A DNA stretch of 13,768 nucleotides from an uncultured delta proteobacterium. Its GTDB lineage: Bacteria > Myxococcota_A > Polyangia > Palsa-1104. The position numbers and the translations under genes were made by a program. The notes under the pieces were generated by a model. The model did no database searches and had not been told where the DNA came from. It was given only the letters and a program-made list of their open reading frames with translations. Positions 1 to 9,000 of this stretch are shown here, piece by piece (position 1 is the stretch's first letter; each line of letters begins with the position of its first letter). The DNA lies in NCBI GenBank assembly GCA_963785725.1, contig CAWAWS010000011.1, positions 1 to 13,768 on the forward strand. The letters are read 5' to 3'.

Positions 1-9
1 CACCAAATA

Positions 10-1192
10 TTACGCTGACTTGCTCTCCTCTTGCCCTTCCGTTGCAGGCGTCGCGTCCCGGCGATCCCCCACCGGATCCCCCACTGGGTTGCCGAACACC
101 ATCTGAACCACCTTGCCGGCCGCTGCCAACTTCTCCGCACGATCGACGAAGCTGTAGTGCTCCGTCATCTGCGCGGTGACGTGGCCAGTGATCGAGCGCG
201 TGACGATCTCGCCCGCTACCTGGCGCGCGAGGTTGTTGAACGTGCGCCGCAAACCGTGCACGGTGAACCTATGGGTGATCCCCGCCCTCTTCAGCGCCCG
301 CTCGTGCGCCTCACGCAGCCCGTTTTTCTTGAGCAACCGCCCATCAAGCGTCGTGAAGATCGAGCCCTGAGCCAGGCCCGGCACCTGACGTGCCAGCCAC
401 TGCTCGACGGCGATGCTCGCGCAACACCTTTGCCAGACCAGGAACGAGCGGCACTGACCGGATCACGCCTGTCTTGGTCGTTGAGACCTTGCCGTGCCAC
501 TGAGCGCGCCGGACCTGATGCATGCCGCCTCCTCTGTCGACATCTGTCCACTTGAGCGCAGTCGCTTCTCCGTACCTCAGTCCCGTGAGCGCCAGCGTGA
601 GCGCCAGCGGATACTGCCGAGCCGCGATCTCCTTGTACGCGGTCAGAAGCGCCGCGAGCTGCGCCGGAGCTAGCACGTTCGGATCTGCCTCGGTGTAGCC
701 CTGCACCGGAAGGACGCGAACCCGAGCTGGAGGCATTTGTTCGAGGTCATACTCTTCGACCGCGTCCCTGTACACCATCTTGAGGACGAGTAGCGCATTG
801 TTCGCCGTCGCTGCCGACCTCGTCTTCACGATTGCTTCGCGCCAGTCGCGCACATCTGCGTCGGTAACCTTATCGACGAAGAAGTCGCCGAGCGATGGCA
901 CGACGTGGTGGTCGAGGAGGTCAGCGTACGTCCTCCCGGTCGACGCCTTGAGTGCAAGCGCTCTGGACTTCATCCACGACTCGGCGAATTCTGCCAGCCT
1001 CGGGACGGCCACTTGCCGGTAGTCTGCCCCGCGGAGGCGGTCGCGTAGCTCCTCGCGCAGCTTCACGGCCTCCGACATCGAGACCTTTACTATTCGGTCT
1101 ACCTCCTTCATCCGGCCCGTCTTTGGATCTATCCGCGCACCCGGATACGCTTAGCCGTCGAGAAGATTCTCGATCCCTGGATACTTCCGCAT
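10..1192 (-). pseudogene. int: Tyrosine recombinase/phage-type integrase, disrupted by an in-frame TAA and a frameshift (or by sequencing errors)
   Basis: ATG at 1192 with GGAG 9 nt upstream reads MRKYPGIENLLDG*(TAA 1151-1153)AYPGARIDPKTGRMKEVDR and continues into ORF 344-1111 (core-binding domain, TGLRYGE, TTKT). A frameshift near 400-410 joins ORF 10-384 (HGLRRTF, ITGH, MTEHY). The full R-K-H-R-H-Y catalytic set is present across the two frames. Confidence 0.9.
63..87. repeat. Tandem direct repeat GATCCCCCAC (63-72, 75-84; 12-bp period), candidate integrase arm-type binding sites
   Basis: Exact 10-bp repeat in the 3' end of the integrase gene, encoding PVGDPVGD. The functional assignment is inference from its position. 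Confidence 0.45.
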
Positions 1193-1199
1193 GGTGAAC

Positions 1200-1489
1200 A
1201 TCTCCATAGGAGCCCTCGGGAACGCCACGGCCACTGAGCATAGCGTCGAGGTCTGCTACTCGAAAGAGCCATGTCCGCCCACGTCCCCCGCGGCCTTGAG
1301 CTTTCCAGCTGCGACCAAATTCCTCACGGCGGATGCTCCGCGATATCTGAGATACGTCGCGGCTTCGCGAGTCGTCAGATAGGGCGACACCGTCCGATCG
1401 TGCTGCCCCTGCGACGACTCGCCATGATGGTTGTTGGGTGCTATCGGTCTCCGATCGCCCTCGTGATGGCCGGGGCCCGTCGCTTCCAT
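1200..1489 (-). CDS. Excisionase-like helix-turn-helix DNA-binding protein (HTH_17/Xis type), frameshifted in a G-run
   Basis: ATG 1489 with GGAGG 7 nt upstream. YLTTREAATYLRYRGASAVRNLVAAGKLKAA shifts frame at the G5 run (~1285-1289) to GRGRTWLFRVADLDAML. It sits directly upstream of int on the same strand. The 3' end is uncertain because the second frame stays open to 921. Confidence 0.75.
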
Positions 1490-1823
1490 CGTCGAACCTC
1501 CGACGATAGATGCAGCGACGTAAAGTCAGCTTTCGGAACAGAGGCACTTCGCTAGCACTGATTGAAATGGGACCCCTTTTGCGGGGGGTACCTTCCCGGT
1601 GTATTCCAAAGTTCCCACAGCTTTTTGATCATTCCGGGCCGGCGACATAGGGCGGCTATCGGTACGACACGGCGAGTCCGTGTCACTGGAATAGCCGTGG
1701 AAAGAACGATTCGACTTGTCGCCAGCGCGCTCCCGAGTCCAACTCCACGGCCCGAAACGGATCGACTCCGTAGCCACGGAATCTGAATCCTGATCGGCCA
1801 ACGCCGTATTCAGGATACCAAGG

Positions 1824-2344
1824 TCAGCCCCGCTTATAGGCTCTTTCGATGTTCAGCGGTTCCTTGCTGAGATCCATACTAGCAGCCCAGCCATACTGGT
1901 ATTGCCGATCGCCGTGCACAAGGGCCTCGAGCTTCTTTATAGTCGGCGTTATTGTTGTCTCGGCTATGCTTGGATTCCATCACCAAAAGGTTCGCTTTAT
2001 CGTCGCCACGATGATGGATTATGAAGATCGGGGATTTTGCCGTCTATTTTGTATCCACCTTTAGCGCGGTGAAGCTCGGCATCGACCCACACGGTATTCC
2101 AAGGCGCTCCCCAACGCCGGCGACAGACGCTAATCAGTCGATCCAGACGAATGCCAAACCGAAAACAGATGGCTCGCTCAAACGATATAATGCGCTTTTC
2201 GTCTTCTTCGCTACCAACGCCGCCAGGGATTTCGTTCTTTTCCTCGTAATCCGAAGTGGCGGGATCTCCCTGTAGAAGATCAGTCCACGCGAGCTGTAGA
2301 AGTGCCGCTACTTCATCCGCTGAAGGTGGAGGTGAGGTTGTCAT
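1824..2344 (-). CDS. PD-(D/E)xK restriction-endonuclease-like protein, ~172 aa after correcting two +1 frameshifts
   Basis: ATG 2344 reads MTTSPPP...SFERAICFRFGIRL...VWVDAELHR...KIPDL, shift at ~2024, IIHHRGDDKANLLVMESKHSRDNNNADYK, shift at ~1936, KLEALVHGDRQYQYGWAASMDL...YKRG* (TGA 1824-1826). This gives E...PD...ExK motifs. The sequence is less GC-rich than the core genes. Confidence 0.7.
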
Positions 2345-2411
2345 GTCCGCTATCTTGCGCGGAAGAGCTGAGGCAATACCCTGCGACCTTTTGCCGCAAC
2401 TGCCGGTGTGC

Positions 2412-3184
2412 GTGACCGCGCACTTCGTTCGTTCTTTCGGAGCCTCGATCGCATCACGCCAGAATCTGCCGAGGAGTATTGGCGCCATCGGCTTCGCCAC
2501 GTGCGCCGAAAGACGGTGCTCAAGTAGCTTCGGCTCTACGTGGCTTCCTCTCCTGGTGCGCCCTCCAATGGCCATCTTCCGGCCGCGCCGCTCGTTTCGA
2601 CACCGCCTCCGAAGGCCGTAGGCACGCCTGACGCGAGGCGACCGCACAAGGCACAGTTTCTCGTCCTGACCGAGAAGGAGGTTCGCGCGGTGATCGCGAA
2701 CCTGCCGGCCATCGTGAAGGCTCCGCGTGCGCCGCGCGGCTATCCGGTGCAGGCGCGCTTCGAAGTTGCGTGGCAGACCGCGCTGAGGCCTCAGACGCTC
2801 AATCTGCTGCGCGCGCCTGACGACTACAAGCGCGGCCGCAGCTACCTCGTCATCCGCGACGAGATCGACAAGGCGCGATTTGGTCGCCGCCGACCACTAG
2901 CAAGGCCGCGCGCTGCGCTCTCGACTCGATCTGTCCTGACATCGGCCTGCTCTTCGGCCGCCACGATTATCGGTCGGTCCTACGCGCCGCTGGACGTGCT
3001 GCGGAGCTGCCGGAGGAAAAGGCCGCGCACCTGTCGCCGTACGACTTCCGGCACTCACAGGCTGACCTTCCTGGCGGAGCACAGCACGAACCTCGCCGGC
3101 ATCGCCTACCTCGCCGGCCACAAAAACGTCACCACGACGAACCGCTACATCCGGCCTACGGAGCGCGCCGCCGAGAACGTGTGA
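2412..3184 (+). pseudogene. Second tyrosine integrase, N-terminally truncated, with a nonsense codon and several frameshifts
   Basis: Across frames it reads LDRITPESAEEYWRHRLRHVRRKTVLK*(TAG 2525-2527)LSALRGFLSWC (core-binding domain), QTALRPQTL (catalytic R), DEIDKARFGR (K), HLSPYDFRHS, and YLAGHKNVTTTNRY (H, Y). It ends 120 bp from the tRNA-Leu 3' end. Confidence 0.85.
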
Positions 3185-3204
3185 AGGGTGTCGGACGGCA
3201 ATTG

Positions 3205-3233
3205 TGGCCACATACTGGCCGCCGTCGGGCCAC
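3205..3233. repeat. Three imperfect 7-bp repeats at an 11-bp period (TGGCCAC, TGGCCGC, GGGCCAC), candidate arm-type sites
   Basis: Copies start at 3205, 3216 and 3227, between the integrase stop and the tRNA. They overlap a hairpin CGCCGTCG/CGACGGCG (3220-3240). Confidence 0.35.
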
Positions 3234-3303
3234 GACGGCGAGTCGGAGAAAGAAGAAGCCGAAGAGGAAGTAGCAGGAGTTACCGTCGGTGCAGGTGCTG
3301 TTG

Positions 3304-3385
<82 letters not shown>

Positions 3386-3396
3386 GAGGCGGCAGA

Positions 3397-3425
3397 AATC
3401 TAGATGACCCCACGCCCCCTGTCAA
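3397..3425 (-). promoter_or_regulatory. Sigma70-type promoter for tRNA-Leu
   Basis: TTGACA (3425-3420), 17-bp spacer, TAGATT (3402-3397), 11 nt upstream of the tRNA 5' end. Confidence 0.85.
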
Positions 3426-3461
3426 GCGAACGTGACAAATCGCCGCCGTCAACCGGCGCGG

Positions 3462-3860
3462 CTACAGCCCGCAGTGCCGCTCGCTGCCGTTGGGACAGAG
3501 GCGATGCGTGATGCGCGTGACGTCCTCGAGGTCGAACGGCTTCGTCAGGAACTCGCACACGCCGAGCTTGATCGCCTCGTCCGACAGGCTGTGCACGGCC
3601 GACAACAACACGACCCGCGCCACCATCTCGGGAAAGCGCAGCTTGGCCGTCTCCATGAACTTCCAGCCGTCCATGAGCGGCATCATGAGGTCGAGAAAGA
3701 TGAGGTCCGGCATTCCCGCTTCCAGCCTCGCCAGCGCTTGGTAGCCGTTGGCGGCGGTCTCCACGTCGTAGCCTTCTTCGCGAATGACCTCGGCCAGCGA
3801 GCTGAGAATATCGGGATCATCCTCGACGATAAGGATGTTGGCGCACACGTGCTCGATCAT
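3462..3860 (-). CDS. Single-domain response regulator (CheY-like receiver)
   Basis: ILIVEDD, PDLIFLDLMMPLMDG (phosphoacceptor Asp), LLSA and FLTKPF; 132 aa with no output domain. Confidence 0.95.
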   Translation of the reverse strand: MIEHVCANILIVEDDPDILSSLAEVIREEGYDVETAANGYQALARLEAGMPDLIFLDLMMPLMDGWKFMETAKLRFPEMVARVVLLSAVHSLSDEAIKLGVCEFLTKPFDLEDVTRITHRLCPNGSERHCGL

Positions 3861-3940
3861 AGTCGCTTCCGGGCGCGCTTCAACCCTAGGGCATCGGCGG
3901 CGAAGATGCGGTGGCCACGTTACCGAGGCATACTGCGCAC

Positions 3941-4555
3941 ATGGACGAGGGAGACGGATCGGACGGACAGCGCCCCGCGCTCGTGCCCGCGGCCGAGCCG
4001 ACCGCCGAGGCGCCGTCGCGGACCGAGATCGACGCCGCCCTGCGCTTCGTCAACGGCCAGCTGGCCGAGAGCCGCGCCGGCCAGGTCGACCGCGACGCGA
4101 CGCTGCGCGCGCTCGTGGAAACGCTGGTCGCCGCCGGCGCGCTGCCGCCGGGCGAGTTCGAGCGCCGAAAGCAGCGCCTCCTCGACAGCGCCGCGCTCTA
4201 TCCGCCCGATCAGTCGATCGTCAAGCTGGGCGAGCCCGTCGACAAATACGCCGTCGGCCCGCTGCCGGACATCGACTGCGCGGCGCTCATGCCGCTGTGC
4301 AAGGCGCGCTGCTGCACGCTGACGGTGTTCTGCTCGACGCAAGATCTCGACGAGCGCGTCGTGCATTGGGACTACGCCAAGCCCTATCAGCTGCGCAAAC
4401 GCGACGACGGCTACTGCGCCCACTCGGAGCCGGCCACGTTCCGCTGCACCATTTACGCGCAGCGCCCCGCCATCTGCCGCACCTACGACTGCCGCGACGA
4501 CCGGCGCATCTGGCGCGACTTCAGCCGCCGCATCCCCGTCGACGGCGAATACTGA
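3941..4555 (+). CDS. YkgJ-like cysteine-cluster (putative zinc/iron-chelating) protein
   Basis: IDCAALMPLCKARCC...GYCAH...CTIYAQRPAICRTYDC matches the YkgJ-type Cys pattern. ATG 3941 is preferred over GTG 3911. Confidence 0.85.
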   Translation: MDEGDGSDGQRPALVPAAEPTAEAPSRTEIDAALRFVNGQLAESRAGQVDRDATLRALVETLVAAGALPPGEFERRKQRLLDSAALYPPDQSIVKLGEPVDKYAVGPLPDIDCAALMPLCKARCCTLTVFCSTQDLDERVVHWDYAKPYQLRKRDDGYCAHSEPATFRCTIYAQRPAICRTYDCRDDRRIWRDFSRRIPVDGEY

Positions 4556-4561
4556 CGAAGC

Positions 4562-5152
4562 TTACGGATCGCCGGCGCGGCTCTCGCGACGTGACGCGCG
4601 GAACACCGCCGCCGACGGCCGAAAACGCACGCAGCGATCCTCGGCCCAATCGAGCTCGCCCACGCGATAGCCGAGCTGCACGAGGCAGCGCAGATGAAAC
4701 GTCGACCGCCAAGGATGCGCCAGATAATACAGCTGGTCGCCCGACGTCACGATGTGCGCCTCGGACGCGCCCGCCGCGAGCAGGATTCGCCCGGCGTTGC
4801 GCAGGTTCGTCGTCGTGTGGCGCGCGCACGGATCGACGAGGACCGCCGTCTCCTTCACGCCCTGATCGAGCAGCCACTGCCGCATCAAGAGCGCCTCGTT
4901 GTCGGGCGAATGCACGGCGCCGCCGGACACGATCACCGTCGCCGCGCGGCCGCGCGCCAGCAGCTCGGCCGCGCGCGCCAGCCGCCGGGCCGCGCGCGGA
5001 TGCAGCCCGGCGCGCCAGCCGAACAGCGGCGTAAAGCCGGGCACGATGAGGAACGGCGCCGCGCCGTGCCAGCCGGCGTTGAGCGCGGCCGCGTCGACGA
5101 GCTGCCCGCGATGGCGCGGCTGGCAGCGACAAGGGTGGAGCGCGGCGCGCAT
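4562..5152 (-). CDS. YdcF family (DUF218) protein
   Basis: RLARAAELL, VIVSGGAVHSPDNEA, ARHTTTNLRNA and HIVTS motifs. ATG at 5152 lies just after the SDR stop. The track ORF 4562-5962 is a chimera of this gene and the SDR N-terminus. Confidence 0.85.
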   Translation of the reverse strand: MRAALHPCRCQPRHRGQLVDAAALNAGWHGAAPFLIVPGFTPLFGWRAGLHPRAARRLARAAELLARGRAATVIVSGGAVHSPDNEALLMRQWLLDQGVKETAVLVDPCARHTTTNLRNAGRILLAAGASEAHIVTSGDQLYYLAHPWRSTFHLRCLVQLGYRVGELDWAEDRCVRFRPSAAVFRASRRESRAGDP

Positions 5153-5172
5153 TCCGAGCGGCGCAGCGTGCG

Positions 5173-5962
5173 TCAGACGCCGCGAACGAGCCCGCCGTCG
5201 ACGGCCAGCGTCGTGCCCGTCACGTAGCCGGCGCGCGCCGAGCACAAGAAGGCCACGACGTCGCCGACCTCCTCGGGCGTGCCCATGCGGCCCAGCGGAA
5301 TCGTGCGCGCGCGCTCGGTGGCGATTTCGCCGACGGGCCGCCGCTGCATCTCGGCGTTGGCCTCGTCGAGCTCGCGCACGCAATCGGTGTCGACGATGCC
5401 CGGCGCCACGACGTTGACGAGCACGCCTTTGTCGGCCAGCTCCAGCGACAGCGACTTGCCGAGCCCGACCACTGCCGCGCGCACCGCGTTCGACAGCACC
5501 AGCCCGTGGATCGGCTGCTTCACCGTCACCGACGTCAGATGCACGATGCGCGGCTGCGACGACTTGAACAGCGCCGGCAACGCCGTTTGCACCATGCGCA
5601 CCGTCGAAATCAGCAGCAGATCGACGGCGCCACGCCAGGCCGCCTCGTCGAGCTTCTCGAACAGGCCGGCCGGCGGTCCGCCCGAGTTGGTGACGAGGAT
5701 GTCGAGCCCGCCCATGCGCGTCGTCGCCGCCTTGACGGCTTCGGCGGCTTCGTCGCCGCGACCGACGTCGGCGACGGCGATGTGCACGCGCGGGCCATAC
5801 AAGGCCTCGAGCTCGCGCCGCGTCGCGCTCGAGCTTGTCGGCTTTACGGCCGTTGATGACGACGTGCGCGCCTTCCGCCAACAGCGCCGCCGCGACGGCG
5901 CGACCGATGCCCGACGACGAACCGGCAACGAACGCGCGCTTGCCCTCGAGACCGAGATCCAT
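5173..5962 (-). CDS. Short-chain dehydrogenase/reductase (atypical BKR-like subgroup), one +1 frameshift near 5825
   Basis: MDLGLEGKRAFVAGSSSGIG (Rossmann motif) in one frame, then LDILVTNSGGPPAG, LSNAVR, VNVVAPG, IPLGRMG and VDGG in the other. The span is 790 nt, i.e. 263 codons plus one base. Confidence 0.9.
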
Positions 5963-6034
5963 TCCTGCGATGTATCACTGGATTAGGCGGAGGTCGACTT
6001 AGAACGTCGAAGGCAGGCGCGTTGCGAGGCTGAG

Positions 6035-9000
6035 CTACTGGATGATGCTGAGGTCGACCGCGAAGACTTCGACGTAGAACTGGGGAATGTCCATCTGCTG
6101 GTTGATGGCGTACGACGACACCCAGCCCTTGCCGCCCGAGTTCATCTGCAGGTCGGCGTAGAAGCCGTACGAGCCCGCGAACGGCTGCGCGTGGCCGGCG
6201 ATGTACTGCTTGGACCACATGCCGGTGGTGTCGCGGACCGCCTGGCGCAGCTCGACGACCGTCGCGTCCTGATAGCAGATGACGACACGGCCCGCCTGCA
6301 CCTGAATCGACGACGAGTCGCCGACGAAGTGCCACACCGGCGAGGCGAGGCCGTCCTGCGTCTGCTCGTCGTTGGGATGGTAGCCGTCATCGACGACGAC
6401 GCGGGTTTTGTCGGTCGCGTTCCAGTAGAGCAGGTTGCTCTGCGAGTCGTTCTCGTACGAGATGTGCGCGATGCCGTTCTCGTCGTACGCCAGCGAGTTG
6501 TAGCGGCCGACGTCGCCGAGGTCGTTGCCGTTGGCGTCTTCACCGTCGATGATGACCGGCTTGCCCCACGCGCCCATGTTGTTGTTGTAGGCGACGTAGC
6601 GCAGGTTGCCGCGCTGGCGATCGTAGTAGGTGACGCCGGGCGTGCCGTCGGCCTGACGCGCCACCGACGTCATGAGCGCGATGCCTTCGGGCAACAGCGT
6701 GTCGACCGGCGTCGGCGTCGTCGCCATGTCGGGACCGATGGCCATGTCGCCGCCACCGGCCATGTCGGGGCCGACCGCCATATCCGGCGGCGCCACGCCC
6801 ATGTCGGTGACCGGCGCGCCGTTCGACGACTGCAGCCGCGAGTCGAGCACCGTGACCGTCCAGTCGCTCGACGACGCCGGATAGGGCACGTTGGCCTGCG
6901 CCCAGCGCAGCTGCGACTCGGGCTCGCCGCTGACGCCGTTGGCGACCCACGCCGAGTAGGCGATGGCGGGCAGGCCGTCGAGGCCGACGCTCATCGAGGC
7001 GTACATGCCGATGTTGTCGCCGCCCGCGCCCGGCGTGCCGGTGCCGATGTCGACGGTGTGCGAATGCCAGCGAATGGCGCCGAACTCGGCGAACTTGAGC
7101 GCCTGATGCGTCAAGTCGTAGTAGGCGATGATGGGATCACCCGTCGACGAGACGCCGATCGAGGTGTAGCGGCCGACGTCGTCACCCTTGTCGCTGACGC
7201 CGCCGCGGACGTGCGAGTTGGCGATGTCGGGCGTCTCGTCGGGCACGCCGTCGACGAAGTCCCAGCCGGTGACGTCGCCGGGCGGCGTGATGTGACCGAT
7301 CATCAAGTCGCCGTAAGTGTCGTTGTAAGCGGCGACGTACGCATCGGTGCCGAGGATGGTCATCGACGAGAAGCGGCCGATGTCACCGAGCGGAATGTCG
7401 GGGATGCAGCCGCACGTCGAGCCCATGCACGACGGCACTTGACCGGCCGGGCACACCGTCGCCGCGCAGTCGTCGTCGATGGTGCACTGGTTCTTGCCCG
7501 GCTTATGCGAGCCGCAGCCGGCGACGCCGAAGGCGATGACGACTACGACCGCGAGCGGCGCCAGCGCCCGCGCGCGCCGCCGAAGGAGCACCAGCGCGAG
7601 CACGGCGAGACCGAGAAGGCCCCCGCCCGTGCCGCCGCCATCGCTGCCGCCGCCGGCGAAGCTGCAGCCCGACGCCTTGGGCGCCGCGCCGTACACCGGC
7701 AAGCCGAGCCCGGCGATGTCGAACGCGCCGACGCCGACGTTGCCCGCTTCATCCTGCGCGTAGAGCACGAGCGGCTGCGAGCCGCCGTTGGTGAGCGAGT
7801 TGGCCTGCGAGCTGCCCATCGAGCTCACCGACGTCCACGGCGAGCGCGAGCCGTCCGGCATGCGGTAGGCGTAACGCAGCTGCGCCGCCGGCGTCACGAT
7901 GTCGAAGCCGCCGAAGTTGAGCAGGCTGTGGTCCTTGTCGTCGCGCGCCGGATGCAGCTCGGGCGCCATCGAATCGATGAGCGCGTCCAGCTTCGCCGTC
8001 TGCAGATCCTCGGTCTCCCAATGGTTCACGACGCGCGAGCGAACCTCGATCGTGTGGTGACCTTGCAAGAGGAACTGCGGCTCGACCAGCGTCGGGTTCG
8101 GGTTCTGCGTCCAGTCTTCCCACATGCCGCTGTCGATGCGCCACGCGTACTCCACCGGGCGGCCGTTGCTGCCCGTCGTCGACAGCGCCAAGCGCACCGT
8201 CGGACGCGCGCCGGTGATGCCCGGCTCGGTGATGAAGTTCGCCCGCAGCTGCGCCGCGCTCGGCGTGTCGATGTTGCTGATGTTCGCCACCGTCTGCACG
8301 GCGCCGACGACGTGCGGATGCTGCGCGTCGCTCCAGTCGATGAGCGGCGCCGGCGTCCCGGCGACGATGTCGGCGAAGATGCCGACGAAGTCATCCTGCG
8401 TCGTCTGCACGCGCGAGATCGACAGGTTGTCGAGGCTGAAGCCGGCGATCGACGGCAGCTCGATGGGCTTGATGGCGCCGCCGATGGCGCCGGCCGCGAT
8501 GTTGATGAGCGACGGGAACACCGCCGCCAAGCCGGCCGGCGTCTCTTGCAAGAGGTCGGTGTTGCTGGCGCGAATCGTGACCGACTTGGTATCGAGGCCG
8601 CTCAGCGTCAGCTGCACCGCCGGCTTGCCGTCGGCCGCCGTCGTCGAGGTCAAGTCGAGCCCGAGGTTCAAGTCGACCGCCGCCGTCAACAGACGCACGT
8701 AGCGCTCTTCGATCCAGGCGTAGAAGTCGATGCGCAGGTCGCTGATCCCGACGTGAATCAGCGGATCGGCGGCGCCGCCGGCGCCGATCGTGAACGTCAG
8801 CGGCGTCTGCGGGCGCAAGACGAGCTTGAGCGGCGACGTGCGGTCCTCGAGGATGTTCGCCAGCGACGGCACGATGACGCTGAGCGTGCCGGCGTTGAGC
8901 TGCGCGATGGCGCTGCCGTCGATATCGAGGCACAGCGTGCCCGAGTTGTAGATGTGGAAGCCGACCAGATCCAAGAACGTGCGCGACAGACCGAGCGCCA

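Larger units (their letters stand above)
1..3303. mobile_element. Decayed integrative element region (genomic island or prophage remnants) adjacent to the tRNA-Leu 3' end
   Basis: Contains two disrupted tyrosine integrases, an excisionase-like HTH gene and a visibly less GC-rich cargo gene. It abuts the tRNA-Leu 3' end at 3304. The left boundary may lie outside the window. Confidence 0.75.

Noticed and set aside
1285..1289. Programmed -1 frameshift in xis
   Set aside because: Only a G5 run with no X XXY YYZ slippery heptamer, and many similar indels nearby point to error or decay.
921..1547. 208-aa minus ORF as an independent gene
   Set aside because: Only the GRTWLFRVADLDAML part looks real (the xis C-terminus after the frameshift). 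The rest overlaps xis and int out of frame.
1526..1801. 91-aa minus ORF between the nuclease and xis
   Set aside because: TTG start, no clear RBS, Ser/Asp-rich with no motif. Cannot be supported as a gene.
3432..5034. Long alternative-frame ORFs (3432-4322, 3784-5034 and similar)
   Set aside because: Off-frame or antisense reads of the response regulator, YkgJ-like and YdcF genes.
4562..5962. 466-aa apparent SDR-YdcF fusion
   Set aside because: Artefact of the SDR frameshift. The middle is an out-of-frame Arg-rich read of the SDR, and YdcF has its own ATG at 5152.
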